From Eledone cirrhosa (lineage: Eukaryota): DNA of 64,000 nt. The stretch spans positions 39,990,001 through 40,054,000 of the forward strand of contig OZ024758.1 of NCBI GenBank assembly GCA_964016885.1, given 5' to 3'. This document shows positions 23,677 to 42,201 of this stretch, piece after piece; positions within the stretch are counted from its first letter, which is position 1; the number at the start of each line of letters is the position of its first letter. Under the pieces are notes generated by a model. The model ran no database searches. It saw nothing but the letters and a program-made list of their open reading frames with translations, and had not been told where the DNA came from. Both the position numbers and the translations under genes were made by a program.

Positions 23677-24619
23677 AACACGTAAAGAGAGAGGAGTGGT
23701 TTTACCACCTCATACTACTCCCCTCTCTTTACGTCTGCTTCCACCCTACAACACGTAAAGAGAGAGGAGTGGTTTTACTACCTCATACTACTCCCCTATC
23801 TTTACGTCTGCTTCCACCCTACAACACGTAAAGAGAGAGGAGTGGTTTTACTACCTCATACTACTCCCCTCTCTTTACGTCTGCTTCCACCCTACAACAC
23901 GTAAAGAGAGAGGAGTAGTTTTACTACCTCATACTACTCCCCTCTCTTTACGTCTGCTTCCTCCCTACAACACGTAAAGAGAGAGGAGTAGTTTTACTAC
24001 CTCATACTACTCCCTTCTCTTTACGTCTGCTTCCTCCCTACAACACGTAAAGAGAGAGGAGTAGTATTACTACCTCGTACTACTCCCCTATCTTTACGTC
24101 TGCTTCCTCCCTACAACACGTAAAGAGAGAGGAGTAATTTTACTACCTCATACTACTCCCCTCTCTTTACGTCTGCTTCCACCCTACAACACGTAAAGAG
24201 AGAGGAGTAGTTTTACTACCTCATACTACTCCCCTCTCTTTACGTCTGCTGCCACCCTACAACACGTAAAGAGAGAGGAGTAGTTTTACTACCTCATACT
24301 ACTCCCCTCTCTTTACGCCTGCTGCCACCCTACAACACGTAAAGAGAGAGGAGTAGTTTTACTACCTCATACTATTCCCCTCTCTTTACGTCTGCTGCCT
24401 CCCTACAACACGTAAAGAGAGAGGAGTAGTTTTACTACCTCATACTACTCCCCTCTCTTTACGTCTGCTTCCTCCCTACAACACGTAAAGAGAGAGGAGT
24501 AGTTATACTACCTCATACTACTCCCCTCTCTTTACGTCTGCTGCCACCCTACAACACGTAAAGAGAGAGGAGTAGTTTTACTACCTCATACTACTCCCCC
24601 CTCTTTACGTCTGCTGCCT
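23677..24619. repeat. Minisatellite, 13 copies of a 73-bp unit with an internal 21-bp inverted repeat
   Basis: AACACGTAAAG starts at 23677, 23750 ... 24553 (spacing 73); arms ACGTAAAGAGAGAGGAGTAGT and ACTACTCCCCTCTCTTTACGT. Confidence 0.97.
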
Positions 24620-24703
24620 GCGTGAATGTATGTGTGGGTAAAACGAAGGAGGAGTGGTGAAAAAACTATAGCAAAACAGAGGCTAGCGTTCCATTTACTA
24701 CGC

Positions 24704-25121
24704 TGTGTGTGAATGTATGCGTGTGTGTGTTTGTGTGTATGTATGTGTGAGAGTGTGTTTGTGTATATGTGTGTGTGAGTGATTGTGTAAATGTATATGA
24801 GAGTGTTTGTATGAATGCATGTGTGTGGGTTTCTGTAAATGTATGTGTGTATCTGTTTGTGTGAATCTATGTGTGTATTTGTGTATATGTGTGTATTTGT
24901 GTGAATGTATCTTGTGTTTGTGTAAATGTATGTGTGTGTGAGTTTGAATGTGTGTGTGTGTATGAATGTATGTGTGTGTTTGTGTGACTATGTCTGTGAG
25001 TCTGTATTTTTGTAAGTGTGTCTTTGTTTACACGTTTATATTTATATACTCATACATATAAATGTATGCATATGAACATACACACACACATACATACGCA
25101 TGCACATACATATACACATAC
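24704..25121. repeat. Degenerate (GT)n then (CA/TA)n microsatellite region
   Basis: Read directly from the sequence. Confidence 0.85.
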
Positions 25122-25285
25122 GCGTCAGCGTGTTGAAAGAAATTCCTAGTAAGAGAAATTAACCAGTCAACCTGACAACAATGCGGACCTTATGCCTACT
25201 AATCCCGTCTCCTCCATTACAACCATTCATCCGACCGTCCATGAAGCTAAATGAAGCTTTCAGTTATTGATGATTTTAAATAAGG

Positions 25286-25357
25286 ATTTATTTTATTTTA
25301 TTTTATTTTATTTTATTTTATTTTATTTTATTTTATTTTATTTTATTTTATTTTATT

Positions 25358-25388
<31 letters not shown>

Positions 25389-25412
25389 TTTTATTTATTT
25401 TTATTTTTTTTT
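25286..25412. repeat. (TTTTA)n microsatellite
   Basis: Pure pentamer run, degenerate at the right end. Confidence 0.95.
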
Positions 25413-25522
25413 GCATTTTTTTCGTTCTTTCTAGTTTTTTTCTTCCGAATGAGCCGTTTAAAAGATCGAGAAAAAATAAACCACAACACGAAATATAATA
25501 TAAATAAATATATAAAATAGAC

Positions 25523-25523
25523 T

Positions 25524-25565
<42 letters not shown>

Positions 25566-25659
25566 GTAGTATACATGCTTGCATATATATATATATGTAT
25601 GTATACATGCTTGCATATATATATATATGTATGTATACATGCATACATACATACATATA

Positions 25660-25707
<48 letters not shown>

Positions 25708-25714
25708 AGTGTGT
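25523..25714. repeat. Compound (CA)n-(TA)n-(TG)n microsatellite
   Basis: Read directly from the sequence. Confidence 0.9.
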
Positions 25715-25849
25715 AATACTTTGTTACGCAAACAAGCAAACAGAATATAGAGCATACACACACATAGAATACTCATAACATACACATACACACACAAAAT
25801 GAATTAAAGAATATGTAAATACAATCGTTAATTGACCAGAAAAAAAAAG

Positions 25850-28800
25850 CCCACAACCACCACTACCACTAACAACACCACCACTAGCATCACTACCACT
25901 AACAACACCACCACTAGCATCACCACCACCACCACAACCACCACTACCACTAACAACACCACCACTAGCATCACCACCACCACCACAACCACCACTACCA
26001 CTAACAACACCACCACTAGCATCACCACCACCACCACAACCACCACTACCACTAACAACACCACCACTAGCATCACCACCACCACCACAACCACCACTAC
26101 CACTAACAACACCACCACTAGCATCACCACCACCACAACCTCCACTACCACTAACAACACCACCACTACCAGTAACAACACCACCACCACCACAACCACC
26201 ACTACCACTAACAACACCACCACTAGCATCACCACCACCACAACCTCCACTACCACTAACAACACCACCACTACCAGTAACAACACCACCACCACCACAA
26301 CCACCACTACCACTAACAACACCACCACTAGCATCACCACCACCACAACCTCCACTACCACTAACAACACCACCACAACCACCACTACCACTAACAACAC
26401 CACCACTAGCATCACCACAACCACCACTACCAGTAACAACACCACCACCACCACAACCACCACTACCACTAACAACACCACCACTAGCATCACCACCACC
26501 ACCACAACCACCACTACCACTAACAACACCACCACTAGCATCACCACCACCACCACAACCACCACTACCACTAACAACACCACCACTAGCATCACCACCA
26601 CCACAACCTCCACTACCACTAACAACACCACCACAACCACCACTACCACTAACAACACCACCACTAGCATCACCACCACCACCACAACCACCACTACCAC
26701 TAACAACACCACCACTAGCATCACCACCACCACCACAACCACCCCTACCACTAACAATACCACCACTAGCATCACCACAACCACCACTACCACTAACAAC
26801 ACCACCACCACCACAACCACCACTACCACTAACAACACCACCACTAGCATCACCACCACCACCACAACCACCACTACCACTAACAACACCACCACTAGCA
26901 TCACCACCACCACCACAACCACCACTACCACTAACAACACCACCACTAGCATCACCACCACCACAACCTCCACTACCACTAACAACACCACCACAACCAC
27001 CACTACCACTAACAACACCACCACTAGCATCACCACCACCACCACAACCACCACTACCACTAACAACATCACCACCACCACCACCACCACTACCACTAAC
27101 AACACCACCACCACCACAACCACCACTACCACTAACAACACCACCACTAGCATCACCACCACCACCACAACCACCACTACCACTAACAACACCACCACTA
27201 GCATCACCACCACCACAACCACCACTACCACTAACAACACCACCACTAGCATCACCACCACCACAACCACCACTACCACTAACAAAACCACCACAACCAC
27301 CACTACCACTAACAACACCACCACTAGGATCACCACCACCACAACCACCACTACCACTAACAACACCACCACTAGGATCACCACCGCCACAACCACCACT
27401 ACCACTAACAACACCACCACTAGCATCACCACCACCACAACCACCACTACCACTAACAACACCACCACTAGCATCACCACCACCACAACCACCACTACCA
27501 CTAACAACACCCCCACTAGCATCACCACCACCACAACCACCACTACCACTAACAACACCACCACTAGCATCACCACCACCACAACCACCACTACCACTAA
27601 CAACACCACCACTAGCATCACCACCATCACAACCACCACTACCACTAACAACACCACCACAACCACCACTACCACTAACAACACCACCACTAGGATCACC
27701 ACCACCACAACCACCACTACCACTAACAACACCACCACTAGGATCACCACCACCACAACCACCACTACCACTAACAACACCACCACTAGCATCACCACCT
27801 CCACAACCACCACTACCATTAACAACACCACCACTAGCATCACCACCACCACAACCACCACTACCACTAACAACACCACCACTAGCATCACCACCACCAC
27901 AACCACCACTACCACTAACAACACCACCACTAGCATCACCACCACCACAACCACCACTACCACTAACAACACCACCACTAGCATCACCACCACCACAACC
28001 ACCACTACCACTAACAACACCACCACTAGCATCACCACCACCACAACCACCACTACCACTAACAACACCACCACTACCACTAACAACACCACCACAACCA
28101 CCACTACCACTAACAACACCACCACAACCACCACTACCACTAACAACACCACCACAACCACCACTACCACTAACAACACCACCACAACCACCACAACCAC
28201 CACTACCACTAACAACACCACCACTAACAACAACACCACCACCACAACCACCACTACCACCACCACTACCACCACTAACAACAACAACACCACCACCACA
28301 ACCACCACTACCACTAACAACACCACCACAACCACCACAACCACCACTACCACTAACAACACCACCACTAACAACAACACCACAACCACCACTACCACTA
28401 ACAACACCACCACTAACAACACCACCACCACTAACAACACCACCACAACCACCACTACCACCACCACTACCACCACTAACAACAACAACACCACCACCAC
28501 AACCACCACTACCAATAACAGCACCACAACCACCACTATCACTAACAACACCACCACTAACAACACCACCCCACCACCACAACCACCACTACCAATAACA
28601 GCACCACAACCACCACTACCACTAACAACACCACCACAACCACCACAACCACCACTACCAATAACAGCACCACAACCACCACTACCACTAACAACACCAC
28701 CATTAACAGCACCATCATCACCACAACCACCACTACCACTAACAACACCACCACAACCACCACAACCACCACTACCACTAACAACACCACCACTAACAAC

Positions 28801-28932
28801 ACCACCACTACCACTAACAACATCACCACTAACAACACCACCACCACCACCACCACAACCACCACTAACAATAACAGCACCACAACCACCACTACCACTA
28901 ACAACACCACCACTAACAACACCACCGCTAGC
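25850..28932. repeat. (ACC)n-derived minisatellite I, unit about 42-45 bp (CCACAACCACCACTACCACTAACAACACCACCACTAGCATCACCA)
   Basis: Repeated ACTAGCATC and ACTAACAAC cores with variable ACC copy number. Confidence 0.95.
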
Positions 28933-31900
28933 ATAACACCACCACCACAGCCATCAACACCAATAACACCACTAGTAGAACTACCACCACCACCACCAAC
29001 ACCAATAACACCACTAGTACTACCACAACCACCAACACCAACACCAATAACACCACTAGTACTACTACAACCACAACCACCAACACCAATAAAACCACTA
29101 GTACTACTACCACCATGATCACCACCACCAACAACACCAATAACACCACTAGTACTACCACCACCACCACCACCACCACCACCACCAACACCAATAACAC
29201 CACTAGTACTACTACCACCACGACCACCACCAACACCTATAACACCACTAGTACTACCACCACGACCACCACCACCACTACCACCAATAACACCACTAAT
29301 ACTACTACCACCACGACCACCACCGCTACCACCAATAACACCACTAGTACTACTACACCCACCAACACCAACACCAATAACACCACTAGTACTACCACAA
29401 CCACCACCACAACCACCAACACCAATAACACCACTAGTACTACCACAACCACCACCACGAACACCAATAACGCCACTAGTACTACTACCAACACCACCAC
29501 CACCAACACCAATAACACCACTAGTACTACTACCACCACGACCACCAACACCACTAGTACTACCACCAACACCAATAACGCCACTAGTACTACTACCAAC
29601 ACAACCACCAACTCCAATAACACCCCTAGTACTACCACAACCACCACCACTAACACCAATAACACCACTAATACCACCACCACCACCACCACCTCCAACA
29701 CCAATAACAACAGCAATAACACCACCATTACTACCAACACCAACACCAATAACACCACTAGTACTACTACCACCACCACCACCACCAACACCAATAACAC
29801 CACTAGTACTTCTACCACCACCACCACCAACACCAATAACACCACTAGTACTACTACCACCACCACCACCACCAACACCAATAACACCACTAGTACTACT
29901 ACCACCACCACCACCAACACCAATAACACCACTAGTACTACTACCACCACCACCAACACCAATAACACCACTAGTACTACTACCACCACCACCACCAACA
30001 CCAATAACACCACTAGTACTACTACCACCACCACCAACACCAATAACACCACCAGTACTTCTACCACCACCACCACCAACACCAATAACACCACTAGTAC
30101 TACTACCACCACCACCAACACCAATAACACCACTAGTACTTCTACCACCACCACCACCAACACCAATAACACCACTAGTACTACTACCACCACCACCACC
30201 ACCAACACCAATAACACCACTAGTACTACTACCACCACCACCACCAACACCAATAACACCACTAGTACTACTACCACCACCACCAACACCAATAACACCA
30301 CTAGTACTACTACCACCACCACCACCAACACCAATAACACCACTAGTACTACTACCACCACCACCAACACCAATAACACCACTAGTACTTCTACCACCAC
30401 CACCACCAACACCAATAACACCACTAGTACTACTACCACCACCACCACCACCAACACCAATAACACCACTAGTACTACTACCACCACCACCACCAACACC
30501 AATAACACCACTAGTACTACTACCACCACCACCAACACCAATAACACCACTAGTACTACTACCACCACGACCACCACCAACACCAATAACACCACTAGTA
30601 CTACTACCACCACGACCACCACCAACACCAATAACACCACTAGTACTACTACCACCACGACCACCACCAACACCAATAACACCACTAGTACTACTACCAC
30701 CACCAACACCAATAACACCACTAGTACTACTACCACCACCACCACCACCAACACCAATAACACCACTAGTACTACTACCACCACCACCACCACCAACACC
30801 AATAACACCACTAGTACTACCACCACGACCACCACCAACACCAATAACACCACTAGTACTACTACCACCACCAACACCAATAACACCACTAGTACTACTA
30901 TACCACCACCACCAACACCAATAACACCACTAGTACTACTACTACCACCACCACCACCAACACCAATAACACCACTAGTACTACTACCACCACCACCACC
31001 ACCAACACCAATAACACCACTAGTACTACTACCACCACGACCACCACCAACACCAATAACACCACTAGTACTACTACCACCACGACCACCACCAACACCG
31101 CTAACACCACTAGTACTACCACCAACACCAATAACACCACTAGTACTACTACCACCACCACCACTACCACCACCAATAACACCACTAGTACTACCACCAA
31201 CACCAATAACGCCACTAGTACTACCACCAACACCAATAACACCACTAGTACTACTACCACCACCACCACCAACACCAATAACACCACTAGTACTACTACC
31301 AACACAACCACCAACACCAATAACGCCACTAGTACTACCACCAACACCAATAACACCACTAGTACTACTACCACCACGACCACCACCAACACCAATAACA
31401 CCACTAGTACTACTACCACCACGACCACCACCAACACCAATAACGCCACTAGTACTACTACCACCACCACCACCACCAACACCAATAACACCACTAGTAC
31501 TACTACCACCACCACCACCACCAACACCAATAACGCCACTAGTACTACTACCACCACCAACACCAACACCAATAACACCACTAGTACTACTACCACCACG
31601 ACCACCACCAACACCAATAACGCCACTAGTACTACTACCACCACGACCACCACCAACACCAATAACACCACCAGTACTACTACCACCAGGACCACCACCA
31701 ACACCAATAACACCACTAGTACTACCACCACGACCACCACCAACACCAATAACACCACTAGTACTACCACCACGACCACCACCAACACCAATAACACCAC
31801 TAGTACTACTACCACCACGACCACCACCAACACCAATAACACCACTAGTACTACCACCACGACCACCACCAACACCAATAACACCACTAGTACTACTACC

Positions 31901-34900
31901 ACCACGACCACCACCAACACCAATAACACCACTAGTACTACCACCACCACCACCACCAACACCAATAACACCACTAGTACTACTACCACCACGACCACCA
32001 CCAACACCAATAACAGCACTAGTACTACCACCACGACCACCACCAACACCAATAACACCACTAGTACTACTACCACGACCACCACCACCAACACCAATAA
32101 CACCACTAGTAGTACTACCACCACCACCACCACCAACACCAATAACACCATTAGTACTACCACCACCACCACCACCAACACCAATAACACCACTAGTACT
32201 ACCACAACCACCACCACCACCACCAACACCAATAACACCACTAGTACTACCACCACCACCACCACCAATAACACCACTAGTACTACCACAACCACCACCA
32301 CCACCACCACCAACACCAATAACACCACTAGTACTACTACCACAACCACCACCACCACCACCACCAATAACACCACTAGTACTACCACCACCACCACCAC
32401 CACCACCAATAACACCACTAGTACTACTACCACCACCACCAACACCACCACCAATAACACCACTAGTACTACCACAATCCACTACCACCAACACCAATAA
32501 CACCACTAGTACTACCACAACCACTACCACCAACACCAATAACACCACTAGTACTACTACCACCACGACCACCACCAACACCAATAACACCACTAGTACT
32601 ACCACCAAGACCAATAACACCACTAGTACTACCACAACCACCATCACCAACACCAATAACACCACTAGTACTACCACCACCATCACCACCACCAATAACA
32701 CCACAAGTACTACCACAACCACCACCACCACCAATAACACCACTAGTACTACCACCACCACCACCACCACCAATAACACCACTAGTACTACCACCACCAC
32801 CACCACCAATAACACCACTAGTACTACCACCACCACCACCACCACCACCACCAACACCAATAACACCACTAGTACTACCACCACCACCACCACCACCACC
32901 AATAACACCACTAGTACTACTACCACCACGACCACCACCAACACCAATAACACCACTAGTACTACCACCACGACCACCACCAACACCAATAACACCACTA
33001 GTACTACTACCACCACCAACACCAATAACACCACTAGTACTACTATACCACCACCACCAACACCAATAACACCACTAGTACTACTACTACCACCACCACC
33101 AACACCAATAACACCACTAGTACTACTACCACCACGACCACCACCAACACCAATAACACCACTAGTACTACTACCACCACGACCACCACCAACACCGCTA
33201 ACACCACTAGTACTACCACCAACACCAATAACACCACTAGTACTACTACCACCACCACCACTACCACCACCAATAACACCACTAGTACTACCACCAACAC
33301 CAATATCGCCACTAGTACTACCACCAACACCAATAACACCACTAGTACTACTACCACCACCAACACCAATAACACCACTAGTACTACTATACCACCACCA
33401 CCAACACCAATAACACCACTAGTACTACTACTACCACCACCACCACCAACACCAATAACACCACTAGTACTACTACCACCACCACCACCACCAACACCAA
33501 TAACACCACTAGTACTACTACCACCACGACCACCACCAACACCAATAACACCACTAGTACTACTACCACCACGACCACCACCAACACCGCTAACACCACT
33601 AGTACTACCACCAACACCAATAACACCACTAGTACTACTACCACCACCACCACCACTACCACCACCAATAACACCACTAGTACTACCACCAACACCAATA
33701 ACGCCACTAGTACTACCACCAACACCAATAACACCACTAGTACTACTACCACCACCACCACCAACACCAATAACACCACTAGTACTACTACCAACACAAC
33801 CACCAACACCAATAACGCCACTAGTACTACCACCAACACCAATAACACCACTAGTACTACTACCACCACGACCACCACCAACACCAATAACACCACTAGT
33901 ACTACTACCACCACGACCACCACCAACACCAATAACGCCACTAGTACTACTACCACCACCACCACCACCAACACCAATAACACCACTAGTACTACTACCA
34001 CCACCACCAACACCAATAACGCCACTAGTACTACTACCACCACCAACACCAACACCAATAACACCACTAGTACTACTACCACCACGACCACCACCAACAC
34101 CAATAACGCCACTAGTACTACTACCACCACGACCACCACCAACACCAATAACACCACCAGTACTACTACCACCAGGACCACCACCAACACCAATAACACC
34201 ACTAGTACTACCACCACGACCACCACCAACACCAATAACACCACTAGTACTACCACCACGACCACCACCAACACCAATAACACCACTAGTACTACTACCA
34301 CCACGACCACCACCAACACCAATAACACCACTAGTACTACCACCACGACCACCACCAACACCAATAACACCACTAGTACTACTACCACCACGACCACCAC
34401 CAACACCAATAACACCACTAGTACTACCACCACCACCACCACCAACACCAATAACACCACTAGTACTACTACCACCACGACCACCACCAACACCAATAAC
34501 AGCACTAGTACTACCACCACGACCACCACCAACACCAATAACACCACTAGTACTACTACCACGACCACCACCACCAACACCAATAACACCACTAGTAGTA
34601 CTACCACCACCACCACCACCAACACCAATAACACCATTAGTACTACCACCACCACCACCACCAACACCAATAACACCACTAGTACTACCACAACCACCAC
34701 CACCAACACCAACACCAATAACACCACTAGTACTACCACCACCACCACCACCACCACCAATAACACCACTAGTACTACCACAACCACCACCACCACCACC
34801 ACCAACACCAATAACACCACTAGTACTACTACCACAACCACCACCACCACCACCACCAATAACACCACTAGTACTACCACCACCAATAACACCACTAGTA

Positions 34901-36440
34901 CTACTACCACCACCACCAACACCACCACCAATAACACCACTAGTACTACCACAATCCACTACCACCAACACCAATAACACCACTAGTACTACCACAACCA
35001 CTACCACCAACACCAATAACACCACTAGTACTACTACCACCACGACCACCACCAACACCAATAAAACCACTAGTACTACTACCACCACGACCACCACCAA
35101 CACCAATAACACCACTAGTACTACCACCAAGACCAATAACACCACTAGTACTACCACAACCACCATCACCACCACCAATAACACCACAAGTACTACCACA
35201 ACCACCACCACCACCACCACCAACAACACCACTAGTACTACCACCACCACCACGACCACCAATAACACCACTAGTACTACCACCACCACCACCACCAATA
35301 ACACCACTAGTACTACCACCACCACCACCACCAACACCAATAACACCACTAGTACTACTACCACAACCACCACCACCACCACCAATAACACCACTAGTAC
35401 TACTACCACCACCACCAACACCACCACCAATAACACCACTAGTACTACCACAATCCACTACCACCAACACCAATAACACCACTAGTACTACCACAACCAC
35501 TACCACCACCACCAATAACACCACTAGTACTACCACAATCCACTACCACCAACACCAATAACACCACTAGTACTACCACCACCACCACCACCAACACCAA
35601 TAACACCACTAGTACTACAACAACCACTACCACCAAGACCAATAACACCACTAGTACTACCACAACCACCACCACCACCACCACCACCAATAACACCACT
35701 AGTACTACCACAAACACCACCACCACCACCACCACCACCACCACCACCACCACCACCAATAACACCACTAGTACTACTACCACCACCACCACCACCACCA
35801 CCAATAACACCACTAGTACTACCACCACCACCACCACCACCAATAACACCACTAGTACTACCACCACCACCACCACCACCACCAATAACACCACTAGTAC
35901 TACCACCACCACCACCACCACCAATAACACCACTAGTACTACCACCACCACCACCACCAATAACACCACTAGTACTACCACCACCACCACCACCACCACC
36001 CATACCACCACTAGTACTACTACCACCACCACCACCACCACCCATACCACCACTAGTACTACTACCACCACCACCACCACCACCAATAACACCACTAGTA
36101 CTACCACCACCACCACCAATAACACCACTAGTACTACCACAACCACCACCACCACCACCACCAATAACACCACTAGTACTACCACCACCACCACCACCAA
36201 TAACACCACTAGTACTACCACCACCACCACCACGACCAATAACACCACTAGTACTACCACCACCACCACCACCACCACCAATAACACCACTAGTACTACC
36301 ACAACCACCACCACCAACACCACCACCAATAACACCACTAGTACCACCACAACCACCACCACCAACACCAATAACACCACTAGTACTACCACAACCACCA
36401 CCACCAACACCAATAACACCACTAGTACTACCACCACCAA
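28933..36440. repeat. (ACC)n-derived minisatellite II, unit about 27-42 bp (AACACCAATAACACCACTAGTACTACT(ACC)n)
   Basis: Near-invariant AATAACACCACTAGTACTAC core; block duplications marked by ACTATACC near 30897, 33042 and 33386. Confidence 0.96.
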
Positions 36441-36493
36441 AACACCAACTAACACGATCACCACATCCTCTAACCAAACAAACAAAAAGCACC

Positions 36494-36838
<345 letters not shown>

Positions 36839-36903
36839 ATGAAGGCTAAAAAACACTTGTGGATAGTGCAGTTTTAAATCAACATATCTATATATATATA
36901 TAT

Positions 36904-38498
<1,595 letters not shown>

Positions 38499-38607
38499 TA
38501 TATATTATGGAATACTGTTGGCTTTTCGCTACAATGTTTTCTATACCTTTCATCTATATATATAATGATATATATATGTATTTATATATATATATAGATA
38601 TATCTAT

Positions 38608-38766
38608 CTAAGGCGGGTAAAATTCCCGAGATCCATGGACGAGTTCTCTCCAGCGGTCTCTGTCCCTCATTATCGCTGCCATATCCTGCATCTCCAACAG
38701 ACCAGTGTCTGTCCTTAGGGCATCAACATATGTTAACCTTGGTCTTCCTCTTCTAGTGTGTCCATG
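38608..38766 (-). mobile_element. 3'-terminal fragment of an RTE-clade LINE
   Basis: Manual translation [52 protein letters not shown], matching the RRGRP...D...DR..WR C-terminal pattern of RTE-type ORFs; the stop runs into TAGATAGATA. Confidence 0.8.
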
Positions 38767-38897
38767 TAGATATATATATGTATATATATATATAAAGATA
38801 TATATATATGTATGTATATATATATAAAGATATATATATATGTATGTATATAAAAGCCAAAGATAGAAAGATAGAAATGAAGAAGAAAAGAGAGAAA

Positions 38898-38928
<31 letters not shown>

Positions 38929-38932
38929 TGTA

Positions 38933-38964
<32 letters not shown>

Positions 38965-39000
38965 TGTATGTATTTATATATATATAATGTATGCATACAT

Positions 39001-40088
<1,088 letters not shown>

Positions 40089-40251
40089 CTTTATATAAAG
40101 ATGGATAAATAAAACTAAAATAAAATACTACCAATTTCCTAATCTAAAAACAGTTTTATCTAAATCCTTCATTCCTTCTCGTTGCTAGGCGACCTCGGCT
40201 CTGGGTGTTTCGTTGATTTCTCCTTCTGCTCCTTACTGCTCTTTATTAGAC

Positions 40252-40259
40252 ATTTCTTT

Positions 40260-40294
<35 letters not shown>

Positions 40295-40680
40295 CTCTTT
40301 CTTTCTTTCTTTCTTTCTTCCTTTTTTTCTTTCTTTCTTTCCTTTTTTAATTATTTCTTCAATTACTTTGTTCTTCGTTTCTTTCTTTCTTTTATTTCCT
40401 TTCTTGCATTCTCTCTTTTTCTACTTTCCTTTTTTCTTTCTTTCTGTATTTTGCCTTTTGTTCTTTCTTTATTTATTTCTTTTCTTCTTCGTGTCTATCT
40501 TTCTATCTTTGGCTTTTATCTCTTTTTTTCTACTTTCTTTCTTTTTTTTTCCTTTTAATATTTTCTTCTCTCGGTTTTTGTTTTTGTTGTTTATTTTTGT
40601 GTGTGCTTGTGTGTGTGTGTTTTTTGGTTGTTTTGTATATATATTTTTATTGTTATTTTTATTATTATCTTCTTTACTAT
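40252..40680. repeat. (TTTC)n and pyrimidine-rich low-complexity tract
   Basis: Read directly from the sequence. Confidence 0.85.
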
Positions 40681-41000
40681 GTCATCAAAGAATAGTTTCT
40701 AAAAAAGTAAAATTACGCAAAAAAACAACAAGAAAACAACAACAAAATAAAATTAAAAAAAACCTAAGGATAAGAAGAATGAAAATTCTACTCCGACTCA
40801 ACCTCATTCCATCCAGCCCGCCTACCACCCCTAACCCTAACCCTACCCCCAATGAATTACTCAACAATACACAGGAAAACAAATGAACAAACAAAACTAT
40901 TGAATCGTCCAAAACGGGGGAAAAAAGAAGAAAGAAACGAACCTCTGTAATTTATTTACATTATTCTTACCTCTGAAGCCGAGAATCATTCGGTTTCCTA

Positions 41001-41275
41001 AATAGAATTTTAGTCTACGACTTCAGTTATACCATAAACGTGGTTTTGTCTTTGCGTGTAATTGTTCTCACTGCTCCACATAATGACGTATTATCTTTGT
41101 TTTTTCCTTTCATTGCCAGGGAATGTCTCCACGAACCACCTAATAGAATATTAGTCTACGACTTCATTTATACCGTAAACGTGGCTTTGTCTTTGCGTGT
41201 TCTCACCGCTCCAAATAATGACGTATTATCTTCGTTTTTTTTTCGTTCTTTCCTAGAGGACGTCTCCACGAACCT
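41001..41275. repeat. Diverged tandem dimer of an about 140-bp unit
   Basis: AATAGAAT(T/A)TTAGTCTACGACTTCA at 41001 and 41142; both units end GTCTCCACGAACC. Confidence 0.9.
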
Positions 41276-41468
41276 AAGTATCGATCCTCCTCCTCTCCTC
41301 CTTCGGTTGCAACGTATTTCGAAATATTTACTTCTGCGTTCACAGATTGATTTTTTTAGTTTCAGAAGATCTTGTTAAGGGTGAAAGCAGCGATTCTTTG
41401 CTTACATTTTAATCTGCTATTTTAATAAATATTTGCTCTACGGTTCTTATATATTTCATACATATTTT

Positions 41469-41762
<294 letters not shown>

Positions 41763-41971
41763 TTAGGTATTAAATTAACAATGAAAATAAAAACCACAAA
41801 GTAAAGTTACTTACTTAACCTATTTATATCATTGGTTTACGATCGTTTCGGAGGGTCGATCATATTGACATATTGTTTGATATTTACCAGTTATATAACT
41901 GTATACTATCAGACCCCATATTAGTTTTCACTTCAGTTTATTATAAATTTCCGGTGTATATATATATATAT

Positions 41972-42190
41972 ATGGAAAAGTTTGTTCTCATCAGTTGCCA
42001 TCCAACCGTCGTAGGCATTTCGTCGCATTAAAGGCCATATATCTCAGGTTGGTGCGAGCAACGGCTAAAAAAAAGTCGTTGGGACGCGTAAATAAAGGGG
42101 ACGCTAGGGTAAACAAACAAAATGGTTTAAGCAGCAGAAAGTGATGAAGAAGGAAACAAGTCCCAGATTTCTATGAATATAAATTCGGTA
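41972..42190 (-). repeat. Inverted, diverged partial copy of family Y (its last about 215 bp)
   Basis: CTCAGGTTGGTGCGAGCAACGGCTAAAAAAAAGTCGTTGGGAC... is the reverse complement of about 37460-37672 with substitutions. Confidence 0.9.
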
Positions 42191-42201
42191 TATATATATA
42201 T

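Noticed and set aside
23677-24619. CRISPR-like array of palindromic repeats
   Set aside because: Linkers are near-identical rather than unique spacers, there are no cas genes, and the context is eukaryotic
40829-40846. (CCCTAA)2 CCCTAC telomere-like hexamers
   Set aside because: Too short to distinguish from chance in low-complexity DNA
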